From NCBI GenBank assembly GCA_965217895.1, contig CBDCJV010000002.1:2848001-2912000 (forward strand): 64,000 bases of DNA, read 5' to 3'. Shown here piece after piece: positions 1 through 9,925 of this stretch; the stretch's first letter is position 1; each line of letters opens with the position of its first letter. The notes under the pieces are model-generated. The model was not told the origin of the DNA. It made no database searches and was given only the letters and a program-made list of their open reading frames with translations. A program made the position numbers and the translations under genes. This DNA is from Waterburya sp. (lineage in GTDB: Bacteria > Cyanobacteriota > Cyanobacteriia > Cyanobacteriales > Xenococcaceae).

Positions 1-104
1 CTAGGGTTTTCTAGCCATGGTTCTATTAGTATTTTTTCCAAGTAAAATCGAAGGTAAATAAAGCAAAACACTAATGTCTTAACTCAAACTGATATATTAT
101 TACC

Positions 105-309
105 GTGTAATAAATGGGTTTAAAGCCCCGCACAAAGAGTGCGATTAAGTAGCGCGGACTGGAGTCCGCCGACTTGCCCTTGGCAAGGCGAGACGCGAAG
201 CGCGTCTCCAGATAGCAATTAGCAATTGGGATATTTTCTTAATTGCTACTTGCTACTTGCTACCTGCTACTTAAGAATCACCGATCATTTATGACGGTGA
301 GTATGTCAA
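105..309 (+). mobile_element. Non-autonomous IS200/IS605-like remnant (PATE/MITE) filled with small palindromes and heptamer repeats
   Basis: Left-end-like GGGTTTAAAGCCCCG hairpin (~116-130) and right-end-like GAATCACCG...CGGTGAGTATGTCAA (275-309) ending in TCAA; internal hairpins GCGGACTGGAGTCCGC and GAGACGCGAAGCGCGTCTC; no ORF. Confidence 0.55.
243..271. repeat. Short tandem heptamer repeat (TTGCTAC)x4, STRR-type
   Basis: ttgctac ttgctac ttgctac ctgctac, with inverted tagcaat copies just upstream. Confidence 0.8.
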
Positions 310-397
310 GTTCAGCAACGCCAAAAAAATAATAGATAAACCATAATCTGCATACTCATAGTTGTACAATTAACAGTTGTATTCTGCTAAACAGACT

Positions 398-1693
398 GTG
401 ATTGAACGCTATACCCTGCCCGAAATGGGCAAAATTTGGACTGACGACTATAAACTCAAGACATGGCTACAGGTAGAAATAGCAGTCTGCGAGGCACAAG
501 CAGAACTAGGTTATATTCCCCAAGCAGCCGTTGATGAAATTAAAGCTAAAGCTAACTTCGATCCGCAACGTGTATTAGAAATTGAGGCTGAAGTTCGCCA
601 TGACGTTATTGCTTTTCTGACTAACGTTAATGAATATGTAGGGGATGCAGGGAGATATATTCATGTAGGGTTGACCAGTTCTGATGTTTTGGATACTGGA
701 CTTGCTCTCCAGATGGTTATTAGCCTTAACCTGATTTTAGAAAAACTGGAAGAATTGACCCAGGCAATTCGCTACCAAGCACAGCAACACCGCTACACTG
801 TAATGGTGGGGAGATCTCACGGAATTCACGCTGAACCAATTACCTTTGGCTTTAAGCTCGCTGGATGGCTAGCTGAAGTATTTCGTAATCGCGATCGCCT
901 GGTAAGATTGCGTAAAGAAATTGCCGTTGGTAAGATTTCTGGTGCAGTAGGTACTTACGCTAACGTCGATCCCAAAATAGAAGCGATCGCCTGTCAGAAG
1001 TTAGGCTTAGAACCAGATTGCGCCTCAACTCAAGTAATATCTCGCGATCGCCATGCCGACTATGTGCAGCAGTTGGCACTTCTAACAGCCTCTATTGAAC
1101 GCTTTGCCGTAGAAATTCGTAACCTTCAACGTACAGATGTTTTGGAGGTAGAAGAATTTTTTTCCAAAAAGCAAAAAGGTTCTTCGGCTATGCCTCACAA
1201 ACGCAACCCCATTCGTTCGGAAAGATTGACAGGTATGGCGCGTATTGTCCGTGGTAACGCGGTAGCAGCCTTAGAAAACGTTGCCCTCTGGCACGAACGA
1301 GATATTTCCCACAGTTCCGTAGAACGGGTTATCTTGCCCGATAGCTGTATCCTGACTCACTTTATGCTCAAGGAAATCACAGGCTTAATTAAAAACCTGC
1401 TGGTATATCCTGAAAACATGAAGTGCAACATGAATGTCTACGGTGGCGTAATCTTTAGTCAACGAGTAATGCTAACTCTGGTAGAGAAAGGCATGAACCG
1501 AGAATCAGCCTATAGCTTAGTGCAAAAATGCGCTCACGAGGCTTGGAATAAAACTGATGGTGATTTTCGTAAACTAATTTCTCAAGATGAGACAGTAACT
1601 AAAACTTTATCTACTAAGGAAATTGATGCCTGTTTCGATCCAAATCACCACTTGAAAAATCTAGATGAAATTTATCAACGTTTAGGAATTTAG
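398..1693 (+). CDS. purB: Adenylosuccinate lyase
   Basis: SSAMPHKRNP fumarate-lyase signature, GRSHGIHAEP; start moved to GTG 398 (IERYTLPEM). Confidence 0.97.
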   Translation: MIERYTLPEMGKIWTDDYKLKTWLQVEIAVCEAQAELGYIPQAAVDEIKAKANFDPQRVLEIEAEVRHDVIAFLTNVNEYVGDAGRYIHVGLTSSDVLDTGLALQMVISLNLILEKLEELTQAIRYQAQQHRYTVMVGRSHGIHAEPITFGFKLAGWLAEVFRNRDRLVRLRKEIAVGKISGAVGTYANVDPKIEAIACQKLGLEPDCASTQVISRDRHADYVQQLALLTASIERFAVEIRNLQRTDVLEVEEFFSKKQKGSSAMPHKRNPIRSERLTGMARIVRGNAVAALENVALWHERDISHSSVERVILPDSCILTHFMLKEITGLIKNLLVYPENMKCNMNVYGGVIFSQRVMLTLVEKGMNRESAYSLVQKCAHEAWNKTDGDFRKLISQDETVTKTLSTKEIDACFDPNHHLKNLDEIYQRLGI

Positions 1694-1708
1694 TTTTTCT
1701 TCGGTTTT

Positions 1709-1757
1709 GTAGTTGGGTTACAAGTCATATGCTTAATAGAAATATTGACCCAACTGC
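1709..1757. repeat. GTAG-headed REP-like inverted repeat
   Basis: GTAGTTGGGT ... ACCCAACTGC. Confidence 0.45.
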
Positions 1758-1840
1758 GTTGAGCTAAGACGCTGAACATAGCGATCAATCAAAATATGAC
1801 TGTACAAATACTCCAATAACAATATCGGCTTTGCTAAAAA

Positions 1841-1912
1841 TGGGTCGCCTGGGATTCGAACCCAGAGCAAATCGGTTAAAAGCCGAGTACTCTACCATTG
1901 AGCTAGCGACCC
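1841..1912 (-). tRNA. tRNA-Lys(TTT), CCA not encoded
   Basis: Reverse complement GGGTCGCTAGCTCAATGGTAGAGTACTCGGCTTTTAACCGATTTGCTCTGGGTTCGAATCCCAGGCGACCCA; anticodon TTT, GTTCGAA T-loop. Confidence 0.97.
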
Positions 1913-1980
1913 GTGCAGAAATAGACAGGACTTATTTCCACGAATTTCAATCATAGCATGACTTTAAAAAATTTGAGCAA

Positions 1981-2928
1981 TTAAAGCTTTTTTTTCGCTG
2001 ATATTGCTTTTTGTAAGCTTGGAGATAACCAAGAATAATACTGAGGATATACTGGCAGTCTATGTTTGAGATTCCAACCAGTAGGCTGTAGAATTTCTGA
2101 TAAAGATTGATAAGTAGGGTGAGGATAGTCTGGGTTAACTTCATCTTTGGGACTAATTCCTCCTAAGTCGGTTGCTCCTGCTGCTAGACACTCCAGCAAA
2201 AAAGCAGGATCTGGTATCAAATTAGGTGGAATCTGAATAGAAATACTTTCTGGAAGAATTTTTCTGGCTTGAGCAATAATTTCTGGTAAATGAGTTGGCT
2301 CAAAACTGGGAATATTTGACTGCTGCTGACTCCCTATGCTGTGAGGCTGCAAAATTACTTCTTGAATGTGTCCCCATTTATTTTGTAATATGGCGATCGC
2401 CTTTAATGATTCTTCAATATCTAACTTTGTCTCGCCAATGCCTAAAAGCAATCCTGTTGTAAAAGGAATTTTGAGCTTTCCTGCCCATTCTAATTGCTGT
2501 AAACGTAATTTTGGCTCTTTGCTGGGTGCGAAACGATGCACCGTTTGCCTAAACTTAGGATTCAACTGTTCTAACATCAAACCCATAGAAACATTAACCA
2601 GTCTCAACTGTTTCATTTCTTGCCAGCTTAAAAGACCAGCGTTTGTATGAGGCAAAAAACCCATGGCTAGGGCCAGCTCACATATTTGATAGATTTTGGC
2701 AAACCAAGTTGCTCTATTTGGCGATAGTAAAGGGACTTCTCCGCTGACAACCAGTATCTCTATCACCAAATCTTTCTCTAAGCTTTGTAGCTGTTTAGCA
2801 ATATTTTCTAAAGAGAAAAAACCTTCTGTCCCTAGATCAACTCGAAAATTACAGTAACTACATCTATTGAAGCACTCGTATGTAGGGACTATCGTATATG
2901 CGGGACTGTAAGTTATTTCAGAGTTCAT
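1981..2928 (-). CDS. cofG: FO (deazaflavin) synthase subunit 1, radical SAM
   Basis: ITYSP...CFNRCSYCNF (CX3CX2C), PHTNAG, SMGLMLE, PFTTGLLLGIGE, DLGGISP. Confidence 0.9.
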   Translation of the reverse strand: MNSEITYSPAYTIVPTYECFNRCSYCNFRVDLGTEGFFSLENIAKQLQSLEKDLVIEILVVSGEVPLLSPNRATWFAKIYQICELALAMGFLPHTNAGLLSWQEMKQLRLVNVSMGLMLEQLNPKFRQTVHRFAPSKEPKLRLQQLEWAGKLKIPFTTGLLLGIGETKLDIEESLKAIAILQNKWGHIQEVILQPHSIGSQQQSNIPSFEPTHLPEIIAQARKILPESISIQIPPNLIPDPAFLLECLAAGATDLGGISPKDEVNPDYPHPTYQSLSEILQPTGWNLKHRLPVYPQYYSWLSPSLQKAISAKKKL

Positions 2929-2974
2929 ATATAAAAGATAAAGATAGCTTATTCTTTATATAAGATAATATTTT

Positions 2975-3012
2975 ATTAAAATAGTTTACAAAACTCAAAA
3001 GTGTTCTATACT
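2975..3012 (+). promoter_or_regulatory. psbA promoter (-35 TTTACA, -10 TATACT) with possible HLR1/RpaB direct repeat
   Basis: TTTACA 2985-2990, TATACT 3007-3012; TTAAAATA-GT-TTACAAAA repeat overlaps the -35. Confidence 0.45.
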
Positions 3013-3067
3013 GATTAGTGTCAGTTCAAAAGAACCTCGACAAACAAATAAAGCAATTATCTAACAC

Positions 3068-4150
3068 ATGACAACTACCTTACAACAACGCGAAACACGC
3101 GGAGCTTGGGAGAACTTCTGTCAGTGGATCACCAGCACCAACAACCGCATCTATGTCGGTTGGTTTGGAGTCCTAATGATCCCGACACTCCTAGCAGCAA
3201 CAACCTGTTTCCTAATCGCCTTCGTCGCAGCACCCCCTGTAGACATCGACGGCATCCGTGAACCTGTAGCAGGTTCGCTACTATACGGAAACAACATCAT
3301 CTCAGGTGCAGTAGTACCTAGCTCCAATGCAATTGGTCTTCACTTCTACCCAATTTGGGAAGCAGCATCACTTGACGAATGGTTATATAACGGTGGACCA
3401 TACCAACTGATAATCTTTCACTTCCTGATCGGCGTATTCTCATACCTGGGTCGTCAGTGGGAACTATCATTCAGATTAGGAATGCGTCCTTGGATATGTG
3501 TAGCCTACTCAGCACCAGTATCAGCAGCCACAGCAGTATTTCTAATCTATCCCCTAGGACAAGGTTCATTCTCTGATGGTATGCCGCTGGGTATCTCTGG
3601 AACATTCAACTTCATGTTAGTCTTCCAAGCAGAACACAACATCCTGATGCACCCGTTCCACATGTTAGGAGTAGCAGGAGTATTCGGTGGAGCATTATTC
3701 TCTGCCATGCACGGTTCGTTGGTAACATCATCCTTGGTACGTGAAACAACCGAAAGCGAATCACAAAACTACGGCTACAAATTCGGACAAGAAGAAGAAA
3801 CATACAACATCGTCGCAGCCCACGGCTACTTCGGTCGTCTAATCTTCCAGTACGCAAGTTTCAACAACTCACGTGCCTTGCACTTCTTCTTAGGAGCATG
3901 GCCAGTAATCGGCATCTGGTTCACAGCAATGGGAATATCCACCATGGCGTTCAACCTGAATGGATTTAACTTCAACCAGTCGGTAATGGATTCACAAGGT
4001 CGTGTAGTCAACACATGGGCAGACATCTTGAACCGAGCCAACCTAGGTTTTGAGGTCATGCACGAACGTAACGCTCACAACTTCCCGCTTGACTTAGCCA
4101 GTGGCGATATTGCTCCTGTAGCACTAACTGCTCCTGCTATCAACGGTTAA
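3068..4150 (+). CDS. psbA: Photosystem II D1 protein, standard form (Q130)
   Basis: 360 aa; Mn-cluster ligands present (D170, E189, H332, E333, D342, A344); GRQWELS. Confidence 0.99.
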   Translation: MTTTLQQRETRGAWENFCQWITSTNNRIYVGWFGVLMIPTLLAATTCFLIAFVAAPPVDIDGIREPVAGSLLYGNNIISGAVVPSSNAIGLHFYPIWEAASLDEWLYNGGPYQLIIFHFLIGVFSYLGRQWELSFRLGMRPWICVAYSAPVSAATAVFLIYPLGQGSFSDGMPLGISGTFNFMLVFQAEHNILMHPFHMLGVAGVFGGALFSAMHGSLVTSSLVRETTESESQNYGYKFGQEEETYNIVAAHGYFGRLIFQYASFNNSRALHFFLGAWPVIGIWFTAMGISTMAFNLNGFNFNQSVMDSQGRVVNTWADILNRANLGFEVMHERNAHNFPLDLASGDIAPVALTAPAING

Positions 4151-4186
4151 ATTGACCCTGATTACAGTTCTGTAATTGATTAATTG

Positions 4187-4222
4187 AAAAAAAGCTCTCC
4201 AGCGCTGGAGAGCTTTTTTTTT
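4187..4222 (+). terminator. Intrinsic terminator after psbA
   Basis: AAAAAAAGCTCTCCAG-CG-CTGGAGAGCTTTTTTT. Confidence 0.9.
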
Positions 4223-4417
4223 GGCTATTTTTATAGCTAATACCAGCAAAATATAACTTAGTCAAAAACAGAACTGATATCAGTCAGCTCAAACAAAAAA
4301 CATTAGAAACTTGACTCTTCAATAATTGTTTATACTGGTATTCACCTAGTTAGGATGCAGATAGTTAAAATACAAAAGATAATTTGCAAATAAAAAAATT
4401 AGAGAGATAACTAAATT

Positions 4418-5191
4418 ATGTGTTGGAGTGGAGAAGCCTCAGCAACCCTAGCCACAATCGGTCTTACTAGTACAGCCTATGTTGCTTGGAAGGGTGAAAA
4501 AAAAGCATTATGGATTCCTCTTGGTTATTTTTCATTAATGGAGTTACTCCAGGCATTTACCTATAGAGTAATCGATCAGCCAGATTTGCCTTTGAATCAG
4601 CTTCTTACTTTATTTGGAGTATTACATATTATTTTTCAGCCGTTTTTTATCAGTGCGGTATCACTGCATTTTATTCCAGAGAAAGCCAGACAAAAGATTA
4701 CACCATTAATTTATAGTTTGTGTTTTATAGGTGCAATTTTGATGTTAGTCAAACTGTATCCATTTGCCTGGGCTGGAACTTGTACAATCGGATACGAACC
4801 TCTGTGTGGCAGTAAACTTTGCTCGGTTTCTGGAAATTGGCACATAGCCTGGAACGTGCCGATGAATGGATTAAAATGGCTGACTTTAGGATACTATATC
4901 CCAGTTTTTGTTGCTCCTTTAATCTATGGTTCTTGGAAATTTACGGTTTATCATCTTATTGTTGGACCTTTAGCTGCGAGAATGTTAACCGATAATCTTA
5001 ATGAATGGCCAGCAGTATGGTGCTTAATATCAATAGGATTGTTTTTGATCGCCATTAAGTCTCCATTACGACAAATTCTTTACGTAAAACATTGGTGGCT
5101 ATGGGATTCTGAAGCGATCGCCTTAGATTCTGATGCAGACGAGTCCAAGTCAATTCAAATTCCTGCAATTTCCTTAGCCGATAAGAAATAG
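4418..5191 (+). CDS. Multi-TM membrane protein with MCWS N-terminus (DUF5765-like)
   Basis: About 7 hydrophobic segments; MCWSGEAS, YFSLMELLQ, EWPAVWCL. Confidence 0.6.
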   Translation: MCWSGEASATLATIGLTSTAYVAWKGEKKALWIPLGYFSLMELLQAFTYRVIDQPDLPLNQLLTLFGVLHIIFQPFFISAVSLHFIPEKARQKITPLIYSLCFIGAILMLVKLYPFAWAGTCTIGYEPLCGSKLCSVSGNWHIAWNVPMNGLKWLTLGYYIPVFVAPLIYGSWKFTVYHLIVGPLAARMLTDNLNEWPAVWCLISIGLFLIAIKSPLRQILYVKHWWLWDSEAIALDSDADESKSIQIPAISLADKK

Positions 5192-5289
5192 CAATTATAA
5201 ATACGACTACCTAAGTTATCTGTGGGATATGCGGTTAAGATTATCAGTAATTTGAGCAATGGCGATCGCACTTATCTTTTCAAGATAGT

Positions 5290-6336
5290 TTAGGGTAGTT
5301 TCTTCGCGTGCTGCTTCAACTGTTTATACATCTGATACATTTCAGGCAGTCGCTTATACATTACAAACAGCTTACGATATAGTTTGCTAGGCAGATAGGG
5401 CATCCCCGAAATCATTTCCCCTGGTGCTACGTTGCCCGTAATACCTGTTTTTCCTGTAGCAATTACGCGATCGCCTACGGTTACTTGGTTGGCTACGCCT
5501 ACCTGTCCCCCTAGCATTACGCCGTTACCAATAATTGCCCCACCCGCTAATCCTACCTGAGATGCAAAGGCGCAGTTGCGTCCAATTTTACAGCCATGAC
5601 CAATTTGCACTAGATTATCTATTTTAGTATTACGTTCAATTCTAGTTTCTCCCACCGCAGGGCGATCTATCGCGCTGTTGCAGCCAACTTCTACGCCGTC
5701 TTCTAAGATAGTGCAGCCAGACTGTTCCATCTTGTACCAGCCTGTAGAAGTGGGTACAAAACCAAAGCCTTCTGAACCTATGGCTGCACCGCTATGAATT
5801 ACACAACCAGAGCCTATACTGGTTCGTTCGTGAATGGTACAGTTAGCGTGTAGAGTTGTATTGCTGCCAATATTTACATTAGGATAAATTACAACATTAG
5901 GATGAATGCAGGTGCGATCGCCAATAGTTACTCCTGAGTAGATCACCACGTTTGCCCCAATATAGACATCTTGTCCTATCTTAGTATTAAGATCTATAAC
6001 TGCGGTAGAATGAATACTAGGAGAGGGTTTAAAAGGTTGATAGAATAGAGCGATCGCCTGAGCAAACAATAATCTTGGTTGAGCAGTAGCAATCCAGGCA
6101 ATGCCCTTAGCTGATGCTTGAGTTTGACAGGTTTCATCTAGAGGTAAAATTAAGACATCAGCTTTAGTTTCGGCGATCATCTTTGCAAATTTTCCCCCTT
6201 CCACATAGCTTAAAGCACCAGCAGTAGCTTCATCTATAGCGGCAATCCCTGTGATTTGAGGATTCAACTGATTATGATTTAAACTATTGTTTTTGGCTAC
6301 TTGACCTAACTTGGTAATTATTTCTTGAAACTGCAT
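5290..6336 (-). CDS. lpxD: UDP-3-O-(3-hydroxymyristoyl)glucosamine N-acyltransferase
   Basis: Hexapeptide repeats, IGSEGFGF, TKIDNLVQIGH. Confidence 0.95.
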   Translation of the reverse strand: MQFQEIITKLGQVAKNNSLNHNQLNPQITGIAAIDEATAGALSYVEGGKFAKMIAETKADVLILPLDETCQTQASAKGIAWIATAQPRLLFAQAIALFYQPFKPSPSIHSTAVIDLNTKIGQDVYIGANVVIYSGVTIGDRTCIHPNVVIYPNVNIGSNTTLHANCTIHERTSIGSGCVIHSGAAIGSEGFGFVPTSTGWYKMEQSGCTILEDGVEVGCNSAIDRPAVGETRIERNTKIDNLVQIGHGCKIGRNCAFASQVGLAGGAIIGNGVMLGGQVGVANQVTVGDRVIATGKTGITGNVAPGEMISGMPYLPSKLYRKLFVMYKRLPEMYQMYKQLKQHAKKLP

Positions 6337-6454
6337 TTTATTTTGATCCTAAAAATAATTATTATTTTCTAATAAAGTTGACTTGAGATAATTCAAGCAA
6401 AATTTACTTTAAAGCAGAAACACTTACTAATATTTGGCTCAAAAGCTTAAAATA

Positions 6455-7066
6455 ATGGGATTTTATTCTAATTTAATTATTCCTTACTGTATCGACTTTG
6501 CTATGTCTGATTCGACTCTTGGGGAATATCGCCAGCAGCTTTTAGCAGATGTGTCAGGAGAGATTCTAGAAATTGGTTTTGGTACGGGCTTGAATTTGCC
6601 ACACTATCCAGACAGTGTGACCAAAATTACCACTATCGATCCCAATGCGGGAATGCAAAAGCTAGCGCGATCGCGTATTGCTGCTTCTAACATCTCTGTA
6701 GATCATAAGGTACTAGACGGTGAAAGTCTACCTATGGCCAATGCTAGCTTTGATTCGGTGGTGTGTACCTGGACTTTATGCAGTATTCCTCAAGCAGATA
6801 AAGCGATCGCCGAAGTTTATCGTTTACTCAAGCCAGGCGGAAAATTTTTCTTTATTGAACACGGTTTAAGCCAAGATCCGAAAATTCAAGCTTGGCAAAA
6901 TCGTCTTACTCCAATTCAAAAGGCGATCGCCGATGGTTGTCATCTTAATCGCCAGATCGAACATATTGTTCGGCAAAAGTTTAATGACCTAACTGTCAAA
7001 CAGTTTTATGCACCCAAATTGCCTAAAGTAATCGGCTATATGTATCGAGGTATTGCTGTTAAGTGA
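6455..7066 (+). CDS. Class I SAM-dependent methyltransferase
   Basis: LEIGFGTGLN motif I, FDSVVCTWTLCS, LKPGG. Confidence 0.88.
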   Translation: MGFYSNLIIPYCIDFAMSDSTLGEYRQQLLADVSGEILEIGFGTGLNLPHYPDSVTKITTIDPNAGMQKLARSRIAASNISVDHKVLDGESLPMANASFDSVVCTWTLCSIPQADKAIAEVYRLLKPGGKFFFIEHGLSQDPKIQAWQNRLTPIQKAIADGCHLNRQIEHIVRQKFNDLTVKQFYAPKLPKVIGYMYRGIAVK

Positions 7067-7222
7067 GTAAATAAAATGACTTATGTATCCTAATTTATGG
7101 AAAAATTATTTATTATTAGCTTTATCGTCTTAATCGACACCAAATAAACCATAAAATAGCGATCGCTAGATATCAGAAATAAGTTTTAATCAGCAATTTA
7201 AACTCCAGCAAATAAATTAATC

Positions 7223-7540
7223 ATGACTATCTATTATTACGTTGCGGCTAGCCAAAAGTTTTTATTAGAAGAAGAACCTTTTGCAGAGGTAATTGAAGAG
7301 AGAATTCGTAATTACCAAGAAAGAAACAAAGAAATTGATTTTTGGTTAATTAAGCAGCCTGCTTTTTTAGAAGCACCTGAAATGGCGAACGTTAAGGCAA
7401 AGATTCCCCAACCCTCAGTAGCCGTAGTTACTACTAATGAACAACTATCTACCTGGCTAAAACTAAGATTAGAGTACGTAGCAACTGGAAAATTTGAAGC
7501 ACCTTCTAACATTATTCCTGAACCTTTAGAATCTTTATAA
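7223..7540 (+). CDS. ycf54: Mg-protoporphyrin monomethyl ester cyclase auxiliary factor Ycf54
   Basis: YYYVAASQKFLLEEEP, EIDFWLIKQPAFL, WLKLRLEYV. Confidence 0.93.
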   Translation: MTIYYYVAASQKFLLEEEPFAEVIEERIRNYQERNKEIDFWLIKQPAFLEAPEMANVKAKIPQPSVAVVTTNEQLSTWLKLRLEYVATGKFEAPSNIIPEPLESL

Positions 7541-7560
7541 CAAGTTGCTTACAAGAGTAG

Positions 7561-7610
7561 GCGTTGGTGACTGCTAATAGCTAATAGTGAGACAGTTACG
7601 TTCACCAACG
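7561..7610. repeat. Miniature inverted-repeat element
   Basis: GCGTTGGTGA ... TCACCAACGC terminal IR enclosing CTAATAG x2; the same GGCGTTGGTGA end occurs at 18428. Confidence 0.5.
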
Positions 7611-7698
7611 CTTTATAGATTAATAAGATTTTTTGGGTTTGATATTTCGCTTCAGAGCAATGTTATATGATTTATAGAAACAAGATGCCGACAGATTA

Positions 7699-8409
7699 AT
7701 GACCAAAACCCATTCCCCAACAGCAGACGAGATTAAGGAGATTTTTGAGCGTATTGCTCCTGTATACGATCGCCTGAACGATCGCCTTAGCTTTGGACAG
7801 CATCGAATTTGGAAGCTAATGGCGGTAAAATGGAGTGAGGCAAAGCCAGGAGATCAGGCTCTAGATATTTGCTGTGGTAGCGGAGATTTAGCTTTATTGT
7901 TGGCAAAAAAAGTAGGAACAACTGGTAAGGTCACAGGATTAGATTTTGCTACTGAGCAACTGGCGATCGCGCGATCGCGACAGATGGTTAAATGCCCTAC
8001 CGTGCCGATGGAATGGCTAGAAGGAGATGCTTTGGATTTGCCCTTTGCCGACAATCAGTTTGACTGCGCCACAATGGGCTATGGTTTGCGTAATGTAACC
8101 AATATTCCTCGCTGCCTACAGGAGCTATACCGTGTCCTCAAGCCAGGAGCAAAGGCAGCCGTGTTAGATTTTCATCGTCCTAGTCAAGGCTGGATGCAGA
8201 ATTTTCAGCAGTGGTATTTAGCGACTATTGTTGTGCCTACTGCTGAGAACATGGGCATGAAAAAAGAATATGCCTATTTAAATCCTAGTATTGAGCGATT
8301 TCCTGACGGTGCAAAACAGGTTGAAATGTCTAAACTAGCGGGTTTTGAGCAGGCAATTCATTATCCGCTGATGGGAGACATGATGGGGATATTAGTGCTA
8401 AGGAAATAG
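7699..8409 (+). CDS. menG: Demethylphylloquinol methyltransferase (UbiE/MenG)
   Basis: FERIAPVYDRLNDRLSFGQHRIWK, LDICCGSGD, GYGLRNV. Confidence 0.9.
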   Translation: MTKTHSPTADEIKEIFERIAPVYDRLNDRLSFGQHRIWKLMAVKWSEAKPGDQALDICCGSGDLALLLAKKVGTTGKVTGLDFATEQLAIARSRQMVKCPTVPMEWLEGDALDLPFADNQFDCATMGYGLRNVTNIPRCLQELYRVLKPGAKAAVLDFHRPSQGWMQNFQQWYLATIVVPTAENMGMKKEYAYLNPSIERFPDGAKQVEMSKLAGFEQAIHYPLMGDMMGILVLRK

Positions 8410-8468
8410 AATAGGATATAGAATTAACTTTTGCTGTTTAAACTTTATTACTGATTCAATATATTGCT

Positions 8469-9698
8469 TTGGCACTAGCGAATCTCTGGATATTTTTTGT
8501 TCCCCCCATAGCTGGAAGCATTATTGGCTATTTCACCAACGATATAGCTATCAAAATGCTTTTTCGCCCCTATAAGGCTATTTATGTTGGCAAACGCAAG
8601 CTACCTTTTACACCTGGGCTGATTCCTAGTAATCAAGAGCGTTTAGCTCAGAAAGTCTCTGATACGATTATGGGTTCGTTACTCACTCCAGGGGAACTTC
8701 AAAAGCTAGCTCAACGGCTTTTGGCAACTGAACGTATTGAAGAAGCAATATTATGGCTTTTAAAACTGGCACTTGACCAGGTTAGATCGGATCGAGAGCA
8801 GAAGACGGCTAAAATTTTGGCTAACATTCTCCACGACTTATTCAGTCAATCTTTACCTCGACTTTTAAAGGTATTAGCCAGAAAAGACGATTTCTTAGAA
8901 GCTCAAACCAATCAGATTTTTGAGCAAATACTGCTTAATTTTCAGTTAAAAGACGATCAGGCAAAGAAATTTTCTGACTGGTTACTCGGCTCGGTACTAC
9001 CTGCTGATACTATTCGCCGAGCAATGATTGATTTTCTAAGCGATCGCAACATCAAGATTATTGATGAAGGTTTTCGCGAAAAAACTAGCGGTACATATTG
9101 GGTAGTTGCTAATTTATTTGGTTTACGCAATAGTTTGATACGGCTTCGTTCTTTTTGCCTGGATGAACCAGAAATAAGTAATGCTAGGCTTGAAGAATTA
9201 ACTTACTCACTACAAATTCGCGATCGCATCAAAAACTGGCTGAGGAATCTTTCCCTGCAAAATTTACCCGTCTCTACGGTTAGACAACTTCGTAAAACTG
9301 TACAAGAAGCAGTGCGCAATTACATTAGAGAAGAAGGCGGCGATGTAATAGTTCGTCTGGGCGACTCTGTAGAATGGGAAAACTTAGCTGCGTTGATCCT
9401 TAAGCGTCTTCAATCTTCTCCTACGGTCAATGATTCCTTAGAAATAATTAGCCAAGAATTAGCTTTAGTTCTAGAACGTTACCTAGAAAAAGATTTAGAA
9501 AAGCTTGTTACTCAAGCTATACCCATTCTCTCAATCGATCGGGTAATTATTGAGCGGATTAGTGCCACCACCCCTGAAGAATTAGAAACCGCAGTCCAGG
9601 GTATTGTAAAAAACGAACTTCAGGCTATTGTTAACTTGGGGGGCGTATTAGGATTTATTGTGGGGCTATTGCAAACAGTTATTTTATTTTTTAACTAG
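8469..9698 (+). CDS. DUF445 family membrane-anchored protein
   Basis: [18 protein letters not shown]-terminus; [18 protein letters not shown]-terminus. Confidence 0.88.
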   Translation: MALANLWIFFVPPIAGSIIGYFTNDIAIKMLFRPYKAIYVGKRKLPFTPGLIPSNQERLAQKVSDTIMGSLLTPGELQKLAQRLLATERIEEAILWLLKLALDQVRSDREQKTAKILANILHDLFSQSLPRLLKVLARKDDFLEAQTNQIFEQILLNFQLKDDQAKKFSDWLLGSVLPADTIRRAMIDFLSDRNIKIIDEGFREKTSGTYWVVANLFGLRNSLIRLRSFCLDEPEISNARLEELTYSLQIRDRIKNWLRNLSLQNLPVSTVRQLRKTVQEAVRNYIREEGGDVIVRLGDSVEWENLAALILKRLQSSPTVNDSLEIISQELALVLERYLEKDLEKLVTQAIPILSIDRVIIERISATTPEELETAVQGIVKNELQAIVNLGGVLGFIVGLLQTVILFFN

Positions 9699-9797
9699 CT
9701 GCTGATAACTAATCTCCCTGCTGAAGTTGAAATTTAAGTTCTCGAATTAGTCATTTTTATTAGTAGAGATGTTGCTTAATCTAGCTACAATAAAAAA

Positions 9798-9870
9798 GTT
9801 CGTCGTTAGTAGTTAGTAGGTAATAGGTAGTTTATTACGACTACAAACGACAGACTACGAACTACAAGCT
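9798..9870. repeat. Inverted heptamer STRR cluster
   Basis: gttagta/ggtaata copies facing actacga/actacaa copies. Confidence 0.6.
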
Positions 9871-9925
9871 CTTTGATAAAAGACTACACGCAAATAAAAA
9901 ATTAATTTCAAGCAAGAGGTATTTT

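Noticed and set aside
3068..4150. Atypical D1 (rogue, ChlF or microaerobic D1')
   Set aside because: All Mn-cluster ligands are present and IISGAVV is retained; this is an ordinary Q130 D1.
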